Positions 49,534-62,300 of a DNA stretch of 64,000 bases are shown piece by piece. Origin of the DNA: Callorhinchus milii (lineage: Eukaryota); NCBI RefSeq assembly GCF_018977255.1, contig NW_024704742.1, positions 93,002,001 through 93,066,000 of the forward strand, in the 5' to 3' direction. Both the position numbers and the translations under genes were made by a program. The notes under the pieces are model-generated. The model searched no databases, had not been told where the DNA came from, and saw nothing but the letters and a program-made list of their open reading frames with translations. Position 1 is the first letter of the stretch. Every line of letters begins with the position of its first letter.

Positions 49534-49769
49534 TCTGATGATGGGTTATATGTGACACGAGATTTGCCAAAAACCTCCCACAAATTTTTTACTAAAATCA
49601 GCCAAATTTGGACGAAGGATGAAATGGGAATAACATTATTTCATCTCAACTTAGCCCCGTTTGTCACACACAAGAACTCAGTCTAACTTTCAGGGGAAAT
49701 GAGGAAACCAGTGAGTCTCAGCAACTCAAGTGGAGGAGAAGAGAAATAAAATAAGGGAATTTTTTTGTT

Positions 49770-49896
49770 CATGCGGCGCATGGTTGAACTGAATCATCCA
49801 AGCCCTGATGTCCACCAGACAAGCCGACAGAGCATCGGAGAACCTGGAGTCTCAGCTGGAGGAGAAGAAGTAGATTTGGGTGTCATCCGCATACGT
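49770..49896 (-). mobile_element. L2 RT fragment
   Basis: gtagatttgggtgtcatccgcata = YADDTQIY antisense. Confidence 0.75.
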
Positions 49897-50994
49897 GCGG
49901 AAGTTTGAGATGCCTCGAAGACGTGATAAGGCACTATATTAAATGCAAGGATTATATTATTATTACATCTTTGAGATGTCTCAAAGCGCTTCCCAGAATA
50001 TACAGTAAAGTGAATTGACTATATTTTGAGGGGGAACATGGCAGCCAATTACGCACAGCAGAGTCCCAAAAACAGTCATACCAGTTAACTAATAATGAAC
50101 TAATAACCAACCAAGCCAATACAAAGGGAGGATTCCTTGATAGCGATTTTAACAGAATCACTGAACATAAAAAAAAGGTTCCTAATTCACCTACTGAGGA
50201 ACCCATTAAGGTTCACTCACATATAGACCTGCATCCTGACTTTTAAATGTTTTCCCAAATATTAGGGCTATGGACACCATCCTTCTCTCTTTTACTAATT
50301 GAAAAATTCCAGGAAGACTTTCTCTGTGATTCACAATTTAAAACCTTAAACCACATAATTCAGATAATGGTCTTAAGGCCCACCACTAGAAAATGGTGTT
50401 ACCTCTGGAAAACAAAAAAAGAAAACACTGTGTGGTTTTATCTGGTTAAGATGCAGCAGTACCCTACCACATACTCTGGGGTCCCCAAGCCTTGGCTCTT
50501 GCCAACCTGAATCTTATATAACGTGGAAATAAATAAGCAGGACGCATCCCTCCAGAGAGAGTGCACAGACACAGGGACTTGCAATTTTCATGCGTATGAC
50601 GTACAAACTCTCAGTCTGGTTTGGATATTATAATTATCATAATAACAACAATAATCCTTGCATTTGAAAGGAGGATGTCTTAAATTGATTCACAATATAC
50701 ACAGTAAAGTGAAGAGATTATTTGCAGGCAAACACAGCAGCCAATTTGCATACCACAAAGTCCCACAAACAGCCATGAAGTGAATGAAAAATGATGTTTA
50801 GGGGATTGTTAGCCGAGACATCAGGAGAAAGAAACTCCCTTTTTTTTTTGAATAGTGCAATGGGCTTCAGTTTAAAGTCTCATCTGAAGGCAACCAGCTG
50901 ACACAAAAAATCAAAAAACTCCCTTCAGTTGATTCGTGGAAAGAAAGCATCAGCCATTGACCACATGAGTGTTCTTTAAATGAGCCTAGCAGAT

Positions 50995-51424
50995 GGTCAA
51001 TGATGTATGCGGGACCTTAGATCAAAGATCAGCCTGACCATGTTGTTCGGGCATGGAACGTAAGGGTACAGAAGGATGCTTGAGATGTAACCAAAGAGCG
51101 TCCCGAAAATGTATGTTGTGGTAAACATGTGCGCGTATGGTGCACATCGGGGCACCTTCCGAAAGCGGCAGTTGTGCCTTATCGGGGTGTGTGTGGGCCC
51201 GCACATGGAGGCAGTGATACAGGGGCGACTCCCGACTGTTTTAAAGGGAGCGTCCCAAAAAATGTGTGCACAGCCTATTTGTGGTGAAGAAATGTACCGT
51301 AAACAACGGAATGTTTTTTATATCGAGAGAAAGGGAAAAATTGTAACTGAAGATGTTGTACGTTGTGTTTGTTTTGGATTTCTGTTATTATATTTATAAA
51401 TAAAGATATATTTTCAGAAAAAAA
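50995..51424 (+). mobile_element. Probable Tx1/L1-clade 3' end
   Basis: CpG-rich segment, GT/T-rich 3' UTR, then aataaagatatattttcag followed by an A-run. Weak peptide RSKI..DHVVR. Confidence 0.5.
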
Positions 51425-51648
51425 GGTGTTGTGAAACCGGTAAACATTGGGTATCTCTCATTTCCCTTTGTTTTCACTTAGGATGAAAAACAGAACCGAA
51501 ATCAATATTTTCAAAGAAATTTCTCTTACATGTTGAGTTCCTCTTCCTTTTTTCTAGAAATAAGAAGTGTTTTTGAAACCCTGTGAGCGCATCACTGAAA
51601 TAAAAATATGGGGCAAACAGCAGCTAAAATTGGGCAATGAATGTCTGG

Positions 51649-52925
51649 CAACAACAAGAAGATTACATTTGGGCACTGGAGAGAGTATAGCATTTCAGAA
51701 CCGAGCTGGTATCGGGAGGGAAGGGAGGGGAGGCGTCCGATGATCGAAGAGGAGGGTCTTGAGGTGGGACTTGAAGGAGGCTAAGGAGAGGGCGAGGCAG
51801 AGTGATTGGGGATGGAATTCCAGAGGTTGGGGGCAGAGTGGCTGAAGGCTCTCCCACCAATGGTGGGGCGGGGGACGTGGAGCAGGCCGGAGCCGGCTGA
51901 GCGGAGGGAGCGGGCGGGTTGGTAGGGGGTTAGGAGGATGCAGAGGTAGGGTGGGGCGAGGCCATGGAAGGCTTTGTAGGTGAGGACCAGGATCTTGAAC
52001 TGGATTCTCTGAAGGATAGGGAGCCAATGGAGTCGAGCGAGAATGGGGGAGATGGGGTCACAGAGTTTGGTGCGGGAGAGGACACGGGCTGCAGAGTTCT
52101 GGATTATCTGCAGCTGTGGAGGGAGGAGTTGGGAAGGCTGACAAGCAGAGCGTTTGCATAGTCGAGCCTGGAGTCATGAACAAGTGTTTCAGTGGCCTGA
52201 GGGGTGAGGTAGTAGCGGAGTCAGGCGATGTTACGGAGGTGAGGGAAGGGTTAGGGTTAGGATCATGGCTTGAATGTGGAGAAGACGACAGTGGAGTGTT
52301 GAACAAGACACCTGGGTTCCTGACTGGTTTGGTGAGTTGAAGTGTGCAACCATGGAGGCTGATGCTGCCACAGCCTGAGGTGCTGAGGCGCTGGCGTGAG
52401 CCAATCTGGAGGGGCTCAGTCTTGTTCACATTCAACTGTAGAAAATTTGCCCTCATCCAGGACTTGATGTCTGACAGACATTCTGTCAGGACAGCAGTGG
52501 TCCTGGAGTTGAGTGGGGAGGCAGAAAGGTAAAGTTGGGCATCATCCGCATACATATGGAAGTTGACCCCATGTCTGCGGATTATGTCACCAAGGGTGAG
52601 CATGTAGATATTAAAGAGGAGAGGGCCAAGGACAGAGCCCTGGGGGAATCCAGACATGACAGTGCGGGGGCTGGAGAAACCGTTAGAGGCAATAAAGTAG
52701 AGACGGTGAGAGAGATAGGAATCGAACCAGGCAAGGGCAGATCCGCGAAGATTGAGTAAAGCAGCGAGGCGGTGTATGAGGATGGAGTAGTCGACAGTGT
52801 CGAAGGTGGCAGAGAGGTCGAGGGGGACAAGGAGGCAGAGGGAGCCCTGATCACAGATGTTCAGAATGTCATTAGTGACTCTGACCAGGGCTGTTTCCGT
52901 GCTGTGGGGAGTGCGGATCGAGGGA
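51649..52925 (-). mobile_element. L2 LINE, 5'-truncated, RT domain and 3' tail
   Basis: HSTETAL, DLSATFDTVD, GFPQGSVLGPLLFNIYM, HMYADD and FLQLNVNKTE. (TTG)-type tail. Confidence 0.95.
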
Positions 52926-53108
52926 GCAGAGTTTGAGTTTGCGAGTTTGGCATTGACAAAAGGATTCTTCGGTTTTGGTAGGAATAAAGATGCAAGAAAG
53001 TAGATGATGGAATGCACACATAGCCATTTGGGTACTGCATCACACTTCTGTTTTATCCTCAAACCAGGAAGCATGTTTTCATGCAGAAAGTAGTGGAAAT
53101 CTGGAACT

Positions 53109-55010
53109 AGAATTAGAAATCTGGAAATAGAATATAGGAAGTGCAGAAGAGTTTTGAAAAAGCAAATAAGAGGGGCAAAAAGATTATACGAAAAAAGGTT
53201 AGAAGGTAATATTAAAGGGAATTCTAAAATATTTTACAAGCATATCAACAAAAAAGGCTAGTCAAAGGTAGGGTGGGGCCCATTAAGGACCAAGGGGGAA
53301 ATCTTATTGTGGAGGCAGAGGGCTGAATGAGTACTTTGCATCTGTCTTCACAAAAGAAGTGGATGCACCAAATGCTGCAGTATCAGAGGAGAGGGTAGAG
53401 GAAATGGATAGGATAAGTAAAAACAGAGAGGATGTACTGAAAAGGTTGAATGTGCTGAAGGTAGATAAGTCACCCGGTCCGGACGGGATGCAACCAAGAT
53501 TTCTATGGGAGTCACGGGTACAAATAGCGGAGGCTTTGGCTACAATTTTTCAATCTTCGTTGGACACAGGAGTGGTGCCAGAGGACTGGAGAGTGGCCAA
53601 TGTGACTCCCCTGTACAAAAAGGGACAGAAGGATAAACTTGGGAACTACAGGCCAGTTAGCCTAACATCAGTAGTGGGGAAACTCCTGGAGACTATAATC
53701 CGGGACAGAATAAATCTTCACAGGGTTAATTAGGGACAGCCAACATGGATTTGTTAAAGGCAAATCTTGTCTAACAAATCTAATAGAATTTTTCGATGAG
53801 GTAATGGAGAGGGTGGATAAAGGTAGTGCAGTTGATGTAGTTTATATGGACTTTCAAAAGGCATTTGACAAAGTGCCACATGAAAGACTTGTAAGAAAGA
53901 TAGAAGCCCATGGTATAAAAGGGACAGTGGCAGCATGGATCCAGAACTGGCTGGGAGACAGAAATCAGAGAGATGTGGTGAACGGCTGCTTTTCTGACTG
54001 GAGGGAAGTGTACAGTGGCGTCCCCCAGGTATTAGGACCACTGCTCTTCTTAATATACATAAATGATCTGGACTTGGGTATAACAAGTACCATTTCCAAG
54101 TTTGGGGCTGACACAAAGTTAGGTAGAGTAGTAAACAGTGAGAAGGATAGGAGCCAACTACAGGAAGACATAGACAGAATGGTAAAATGGGCAGACACAT
54201 GGCAGATGAATTTCAATGTGGAGAAATGCGAGGTAATGCATTTTGGTAGAAAGAATGAAGGGAGGCAATATAGGCTAGGTAATACAATCTTAAGGGGGGT
54301 GAAAGAACAGAGAGACCTGTGGGTGCAGGTAAATGAATCCTTGAAGGTGGCAGGACAGGTAGATAAAGCTGTAAAAAGGGCATATGGGATACTAGGCTTT
54401 ATAAATAGGGGCATAGAGTACAAGAGTCAGGAGGTTATGATTAACCTATATAAAACACTGGTTAGGCCTCAGTTAGAATACTGCGCCCAGTTCTGGGCAC
54501 CACACTATAGGAAGGATGTTAAGGCATTGGAAAGGGTGCAGAGGAGATTTACGAGGATGGTACCAGGAATGAGGGACCTTGATTATGAGGAAAGGCTAGA
54601 GAGGCTGGATTATTCTCATTGGAGCAGAGAAGGTTACGAGGAGACCTAATAGAGGTCTTCAAAATCATGAGGGGATTTGATAGGTTAGAAAGGGAAAAAC
54701 TGTTTCCACTGGTGGGTGTGTCGGTGACTCGAGATCACAGATTCAAAATAGTCTCTAAAGGAAGTAGAGGGGAGGTGAGAAGAATTTTTTTTTTCACGCA
54801 GCGAGTTGTTCGAATCTGGAACCCATTGACTGAAAGGGTGGTGGAGGCCAATTCGATAACTACTTTTAAAAACGCAGTGGACGGGTATTTGAGGAGGACG
54901 GGGTTATGAGGAAAGGGTTGGGGAGTGGGATTGACATTAACTGCTCTATTCAAAGAGCTGGCACAAACTCGATGGGCCGAATGGCCTCTTTTTGTGTTGT
55001 ATGATTCTAT
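53109..55010 (+). mobile_element. CR1 LINE, 5'-truncated, frameshifted ORF2 reverse transcriptase
   Basis: KSPGPDG, NYRPVSLTS, DFQKAFDKVPH, GPLLFLIYINDL, KFGADTK (mutated FADD) and LVRPQLEYC. 3' tail atgattctat, TSD gaact. Confidence 0.96.
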
Positions 55011-55205
55011 GAACTCTCTTCTCCAAAAGGCTATGGATGCTGGATCCATTCAAATTCAAAAGACTGAGGTGGATAAATTTTTGTTAGGTTCAGGGTATCA
55101 AGAGTTGTGGGACAAGGGCGATTATTTGGAGTTGAGGTACATGATCTAATAGAATAGCAGAACAGGCTTGAGGGGCTGAATTGCCTACTCCTGTTCCTAT
55201 ATTCC
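55011..55205 (+). mobile_element. Older CR1 3' end that hosts the young CR1 (5' part at about 53065-53108)
   Basis: gtggaaatctggaact|ctcttctccaaaaggct is continuous once the insert is removed. Tail gaggggctgaattgcctactcctgttcctat. Confidence 0.8.
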
Positions 55206-55270
55206 TTTGCATATAACAATTAAACATCTCAAACCCTGCATAGGGAATTGATAAGCAGTTTGTTGACTAT

Positions 55271-55571
55271 ATAATCCTTGGATTTGATATAGCGCTTTTC
55301 AAGTCTTCTAGAGATCTCAAAGCTCCTTACAGAATATACTGTAAACTGAATTGACTGTATATTTGTTGGCAAAACGCAGCAGCCAATAGCGCACAGCAGT
55401 GTTCCACAAACAGTCGCGGATTGAAGTGACCAATTTATTATTGATTTGTTTTCTTGAGGGATTATCAGGCGTGTGGAGTAAGGAAACTTGCCCAAGGTTT
55501 CGCCCTGCCCAGAATCAAACCCAGGTCTCTCGCTTGCAAAGCGAGTGGTCTAACCACTGAGCTACAGGACT
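55271..55571 (-). mobile_element. tRNA-derived SINE, same family as 4898
   Basis: Full head-to-tail homology. Confidence 0.9.
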
Positions 55572-55619
55572 ACTTATTTGGAGACAAACACATCAGCCAG
55601 TAAGCGCATAATGTCTCAC

Positions 55620-56498
55620 TAAGAGCAATAAAGTGAATGACTTTATTGGAGGATTATTGGCTAGGACAGGGGAGTTTTTTTTAGGGGATAGTCCTGTGGG
55701 ATTTTTAATCTACACCCTAACAGACAGACAGGACCTCGGTTCATCATCAAATCTGAAGGATAACAACTCCAAAAACGCTGCGTTCCTCCAGATCCACATT
55801 GAAGTGTCAGTCTAGACTCTGGGCTCAAAGTCAGCCCAAAGTCATCACTCGGGGTTGCAATTCCAGGAAACCCTTCATCATTTTTTTTAGAAAGATAATA
55901 ATATGGTCACTCAACCCACGACTGTTTGTGGGACACTGCTGTGCACAATTGGCGGTTGTGTTTTTCCCACAAAATATACAGTCACTTCACTTAATAGTAT
56001 ATTCTGTGAACCGCTTTGAGACGTTTCGAAGATGTGATAAGCCACTATTATTATTACAATATCGAATGCAAGGATTATTATTATTATTATCCCGATCCCA
56101 GGATCTTTTATGCTAATGGTGATCCCGAAATCCCAGGATTTGGGGATTGTGTAAAGGCCAAGGCTGGGTGGAAGGGGAGACCAGGCCTTTTCACTCTAAA
56201 GAAAGTGGGCTGCTTGTTGTCGTGAGAGCGAGCTGGTGGGAAAGGACAGGCAGGTGTTTAAACCTCCCGGTCACCCTCCCTGTGGAGGAACTCTCTCTCT
56301 GAGGTACCCCACTGGTGCGGAAAACAAACACAGGTGCCCTGGACGAGACAAGTTTCGGGATCCTAGAATTTGGGGCATTAAAATCCTGGGAATCCGAAAG
56401 AGCACCGGGATTGCAACCCATAGTCCACAACATGGGGCTTGAACCCACAATCCTCTGACTTCAAGCCAGGAGCACTACCAACTGAAATAGACTGACAC
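55620..56498 (-). mobile_element. Deu-domain SINE split by a TIR element
   Basis: Core at 55620-55832. Head (ggggcttgaacccacaatcctctgact) at 56420-56498. Confidence 0.7.
55852..56419. mobile_element. Non-autonomous TIR element (hAT-like MITE) containing a SINE fragment
   Basis: Termini gggttgcaattccagg / ccgggattgcaaccc, with repeated subterminal atcccaggat-like motifs. Confidence 0.65.
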
Positions 56499-58851
56499 AA
56501 TTGTATTATTTTCATTATATGTACTGTAATTCCCTGCCTTTAAATCAATGTGTGTGGATATGTTTATGGACTATAATGTGAATATGTCTGAATAATGTAG
56601 TACTTAGCATAAAACTTTTTTCTGTTCCAACATTCCCATCCTGAACTCCTGCCAAACTCTCTCCAAGTCAAATCCGCCATTAATTCTTTATACTGCATAA
56701 GCTATTTGAGGTCTTGTGGACAGACACTGACTGTCCTGTACCACTTGCCTTTGTCTCTCCATTTGCACTTGACATTTGTACCTGAAACCCCGTTTTCCAC
56801 AAATCTTGAAAGAGCTGCCCAAATTAATCCCACTCCCCCACTCTCTCCCCATAGCCTTGTAAATTTGTCCTCCCCAAACAGATTTTTTACATTCAGAAGT
56901 CAAAGCTTGCATTCTATCCATGGGAAGTATACAACATTGAAGAGAGACCCTTGTTGATCTTTTTACCGTTTTTTACCGATTTTATTACCGTTACCTCAGA
57001 GAGTCTGTAAAATAAGTTACTGATGAACAGATGTATGTTGAACCTGTAATATCTTTAGGAAAAGCTTTGTACTGGTTTATAATCACATAATGCATTAGGG
57101 TTTCATTTGCAAAGGTTGCAAAAAGTCATCGTGAGCAGTGGGATTAGGGAGAAAGTATGAAAGGTGCCAAAGAACAAAAAAAGACTAGACAGTGAATAGG
57201 GTATATATGAGTGGATGGAAATTTAATTGTTCCTCTTTTTCGGTTCACACATTAGTGATTTTCATTCATCCAAAATAACACTTGTAATTCTTTTTAGACA
57301 TTTCCCATTGTAGATGCCTTTGGGGTCATTTTGCATCCAAGAATATGACGCTCTCAATTCGGCACCTCCAACAAAGAAACACACCTCCAATATGACGTGT
57401 TTTCTGTAAGTTTTTTTAAGATTTACTAGAACCTGCTGGAATCTTTCCCACTTCCCCACCCATGGCTAAGTGCACTGCAGATATCTTCCATGTTCTTCTG
57501 TCTCCCCCTTCTGGTCTAATAATAAGCACAGTCAGACAACTGCGATAACATCATTCAGACTGAAATCTAGACCCCTCTTGTAAAAAAAACATGTATTGTT
57601 ATTCACTATTTGCTTACAAAAAAAACCTACACTTGAAAGTAATTAATGGGTGATGCACTATGAGATTTTTTCGATGTAAGGCATTATAATAACGTAAGTG
57701 GAAAATAAATGGCTTCTTAATCTGAATTATCTATAAAACATTAAAAATATGCATTTAAAAATCCATGTTTTTCTTGATATTTCCTTAATCTCTGATCCTC
57801 CAATTTTCGCATATAAAATCTATAGCCTGAAAGGAAGAAATGGCTTAGTGCTCATGTCCCCAAATGTTCAGGCCAGTTAATCATACAGCAAAAGATCTAC
57901 CATGCAAGACTTATAAGGAATACACAAGAAGAATGGAATAACCTTTCCAGAAAAGGTCAGTCACAGTAAATCTGTTAAATACAGAGTTGATAAGAAGATT
58001 AGAGTTTCTAATCTGATTGTCAGATGAAGAATGTGACTGTAAAAAGGTAGCACGTTCTTATCACACTGTTCTTTCCTCTAACACACTATCTTTTTGTCAC
58101 CCTCTATCTAACAGGCAATCTTGTGACACAAACTGAAATTGGCGTCTCGCCAAATCCCTTTACAAATCAATCAGTTGAAAAGAATTTTCTTAACGTTATT
58201 CACCTACTCAATTCTGTTGATCTTTCAATAATAAAAATAATCCTTGCATTTGATATAGCTCTTTATTACATCATTGAGATGCTCAAAGCACCTCAAAGGC
58301 TATAATGCAAAGTGCCTGGGTATTTTGTGGGCAAACTCAGCAGCCAATTTGCACTCAGCGAAGTCCCACAAGCATCAGAAGTGCCCTGTAGACCCGCCTA
58401 GCTCAGCAACTGGACAAGCAAGACCGCCACACATCGACTCATTCCATTTTCCATTACTGGGCACGTGAGCTTAGAGCCAGCTCAGCCCCAAGGAGACCTC
58501 TCTTACCTCCTCCTCCCCCAGAGGATTCTAAAATACAGCTTGGGACTGGGGCACATCAGGTAGTCATTCATAGAATTGTGCTATATATACTCATTGTACA
58601 AGGCTATTGGTTTCTCCACTGATCAAAGTGGTTTTGAGGCAATTTATCAGTGCATGAGCAGACTAGCACAATGGAAAGCTAAGTTCCTTCCAACCCCAAA
58701 TTGGGCTAAACAACTGATTGTGCAAAGTGCCAATAAATATAAAAAATGCTTCGATTTGGTAAAGCTTCTTATGTCAAAAAAAGCTTAAAGCAACAAGTTA
58801 CTTGAAGACAATTGAACAATAATACAGATCTCACGTAGATCTTATGGGTAT

Positions 58852-59101
58852 GGAGCCCTGTAGCTAAGTGTTTAGAACACTAAACTTTAGGCAATGGAAA
58901 ATTTCCTTACTCCACACGCCTCTGTTTATCTAGCAGAAAGTAGGAACCCAATAATAATTTGTTAACTCAATCCACGACTGCCGAGTTTTGCCTACAAAAT
59001 ATAGCCAATTCACTTTGTAGTATATTCAGTACATGCAGTGAAGCGCTTTGAGATGTCTCGAAGACTTGATAAGGCACTATATCAAATGCAAGGATTATTA
59101 T
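58852..59101 (+). mobile_element. Internally deleted older subfamily SINE
   Basis: Head ggagccctgtagctaagtg, block gcctctgtttatctagcagaaagtaggaaccc, and tail. Confidence 0.8.
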
Positions 59102-59399
59102 TGTTAATATTATTATGACATTTTCCACTGACATGGACACATTTTATTTAGATTAAGGCAGTGCAGGAGTTTTTAATTGTTACATGTGCCCTGTCACTCC
59201 AGCAATTATGAAATTGGATCTTCTCTGTTTGGGGGCAACAGGAAGTTAGTTTTCCTGAAATTCGGTGCCAGGAACAAAAATATTTTTCGATAAAATTGCT
59301 TTCAGAAATGGGCTTGTCTCAGGAGGAAAACATTTCATTTTAAAGGGGTACCACATCCTGTGCAAGCATAGCAATTTTTGATCGTCAGTGTGACACAGT

Positions 59400-60176
59400 T
59401 TTTAGCACTCTCACCTCTGGGTCAGGAAGCTGTGGGTTCAAGCCCCGCTCAGGGATTTTGCATTCATAGTCTATAGGTTACAAAGCCTACAAAGCCCTCC
59501 ATGGCCTCGCCCCACCCTACCTCTGCGACCTCCTAATCCCCTACCAACCCGCCCGTTCCCTCCGCTCAGCCGGCTCCGGCCTGCTCCATGTTCCCCAACC
59601 CACCCACCCTACCATTGGCGGGAGAGCCTTCAGCCACTCTGCCCCCAAACGCTGGAACTCCATCTCCCAGTCACTCCGCCTCGCCCCTTCCTTAGCCTCC
59701 TTCAAGTCCCGCCTCAAGATCCTCCTCTTCGACCATGCCATCAGCCACCCCCCTTTCCCCTTCTCTCCCTTCTCTCCCCCTGACCCCAGCTCGGGTTTGA
59801 AATGCTGTACACTGTCCAGCGCCTTGGGACGTCCTCCCGACGTGAAAGGCGCTAAATAAAAGTAATCTTGTTGTCGACCAGTCAGGGGTAGCGGTACATT
59901 GTCTAATTATCTTAGGCTAAGACGTCAAACCTTGTCCTATCTGCCTGTTCAGATGCTAGAGATTTCCACTGAATAGAGAATGGAATGTCTCCTGGTCACC
60001 TGGCCAACAATCCACTAGATAGACTTGGTCATTGATCAGCAATTTCATGGCTGTTTGCGGGCTGTTGCTATGTGCAATTTGGCTGCTGTGTTCGCTATAT
60101 TTTACAGAAATTTTGTGAAATGCTTTGAGACATTCTTGATGTTAAAGGCACTATCCTAAGTGCAAAGATGATTATT
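59400..60176 (+). mobile_element. Deu-domain SINE split by an L2 insertion
   Basis: Head at 59400-59476. Core and tail resume after 59875. Confidence 0.7.
59477..59874 (+). mobile_element. Young L2 3' fragment inserted in a Deu-SINE
   Basis: CpG-rich, with intact tail gcgccttgggacgtcctcccgacgtgaaaggcgc. Confidence 0.9.
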
Positions 60177-61557
60177 TCTTTTGCAGATATTCCCTTGACA
60201 GCTTTAACCATTCTCATGTTATCTGTACAATTTCTCATCTAGCTAATATGCCACATTCAAAACCCCAAAACATATTGCAGTTCATATACAATATGGTCAG
60301 CTTTTATGAGATGATCACTGTAAAATGTGATTTTGGGGCAAAATATCAACCTATTGCAGCTTTTTAAATTCAGTTTCTTAAAAGCAAGTATTCACTCGTG
60401 ATTAAATGTCTTTTGTGTTCAATGATGCATCCTGATGGTTTTTTTAAAAAAGCACAATACAGTCCAAATGGTTGCGGGACTCTGAACAAAAACTTCCATA
60501 CAAGCCATCCTTTTTTAACAGAATACACTTGTATTTTTTTCAGTTTTCAAAAGAAAGCCAAGAGTGCCAAAGGAATGTGTCATTTGTGCTACATTAGAGC
60601 TATTCTACAGTACAGTGGGGATGATGGCAGGCTTAGCCAGCTAGAGCAGCACTTAAAGGAGAGGAAGTGTAGTACTTTTAATACAATTTACTGTAAATCA
60701 TGATGTATATGTCATACCTTTACGATTGTTTTTCTGTACTTGACCAGCTCTTATGGCAGGATCACTTGTAAAACCACTACAAAATGGCAATCATCAAATA
60801 GGTGTATTATGTATACAGTCACGCATCTTATATGGTTATATTTAAAAGAGAAATCTACAACTGCAAATCAGCCCCTTGTTATCGAGTTTGTTTTGAGTTA
60901 ATTGTACTCGTGCTCACTTTGCCTCATTAGTAAGCAGCACATTTCCTTTATCCTGAGACCAGACGTGAAAGCCTTACAATTAGTGCTTTTGTCAAACAAG
61001 TTTCAATGGGAATAATTTTGTAATTATTGGGCTGAAGCAAAACATCAGCTCAATTCTTTAGAGCATTCGTTGTGCTTGCAACAAAACATGGGCTCATCTA
61101 CCAAAGGATGTTAGGAAATTTTCATTGCACAGATCATTAGTATTCATCCTGCCATATTTGGGTATACTAATGAACAGAGCCATCATCTACTTTTACTGAA
61201 AGTTGTGGAAGAAAACTCAGTCCTCTAGTCTTGCTTAAAGTGTGTTTATTTTGTACCCACATTCTCTACTTGTTTCTAAACAATATATTTTTCATTTTAG
61301 AAACCTGGAACACTTCTTTAAATTTTTCTTTTGAGTATTTCTGTTCAACTTGAAACTCTAAGACCTAGAATCATTCCAAGCACTCTTCTCTAAACAATTC
61401 ACTGACTCAATGTTCTTTTGAAAGTAGGGTGCTCAAAACTGCACACATGGGTGGAGTGGGTGAGAAAAACAGCACACAATACAGTCATTGGTGATTACTA
61501 ACACGTCAATAAAATGTGCAGTAAAGATGTCAATATGTGCAGCATGACTCAGGTAGT

Positions 61558-61955
61558 ACAACAACAACTTTGATTTATATAGCGCCCTCCACACCGGAAG
61601 GCATCTCAGAACGCTTCACAGTAACGAATCCTGGGGCTGAGCCAGGGGCAGGGGGAGGAAGGTGACCAAAGGCGCAGTCAAAAAGGTCTTCAGCCGAGAC
61701 CTGAAAATAGGAAGCGAGGGGGCGAGGCGAAGGGAGTGAGGAAGGGAGTTCCAGAGCCTCGGGGAATAGTGGCTGAAGGCACGATCACCGATGGTGAAGT
61801 GGAGGATTTGGGGGACAAGGAGGAGGCCAGACTCGATGGAGAGAAAGCAACGGACACTCTTGTGAGGAGAGAGGTCAGAGACGTAGGGGGGGTGCAGAGG
61901 AGTGGAGGGATATGAAGACAAGATTGAGGATCTTGAAGTCGATCCTCTTACCTGG
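61558..61955 (-). mobile_element. L2 3' fragment
   Basis: TIGDRAFSHYSPRLWNSLP peptide and caacaacaac tail. Confidence 0.88.
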
Positions 61956-62109
61956 AGCTGGAAGGTTTTGTGTTCAATGTCCACATTGGAACTTTGGATT
62001 CATAGTTTAGGCCGGCACCTTGGTTCCAACCCACAGCTCGGATGCCCAGCCAGCATTGTCAAGCACTTTTGAGACATCCTCCTAACATGAAAGGTGCTAC
62101 ATAAGTGAA

Positions 62110-62300
62110 GATAATATTGACACTCCAGCGCAGTGCTGGCGGAGTGCTGAAACGTTGGAGGTATCGCCCTTCAGATGAGACGTTAATGAAGGCTCCGCCC
62201 ACCTGTTCAGATCCCATGCGCGATTCAAAAGGACAGGAGATTCTCCTGGTGTCCTGGGCAACAATCCTCCTGATAAAAACTGATCATTTAATGGCTCTTT
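62110..62300 (+). mobile_element. Deu-domain SINE core
   Basis: gacactccagcgcagtgctggcggagtgctg...ggaggtatcgcccttcagatgagacgttaa. Confidence 0.72.

Noticed and set aside
52058..54909. Long RT ORFs as functional genes or a paired system
   Set aside because: These are separate, truncated and frameshifted L2 (-) and CR1 (+) insertions with no endonuclease domain or ORF1.
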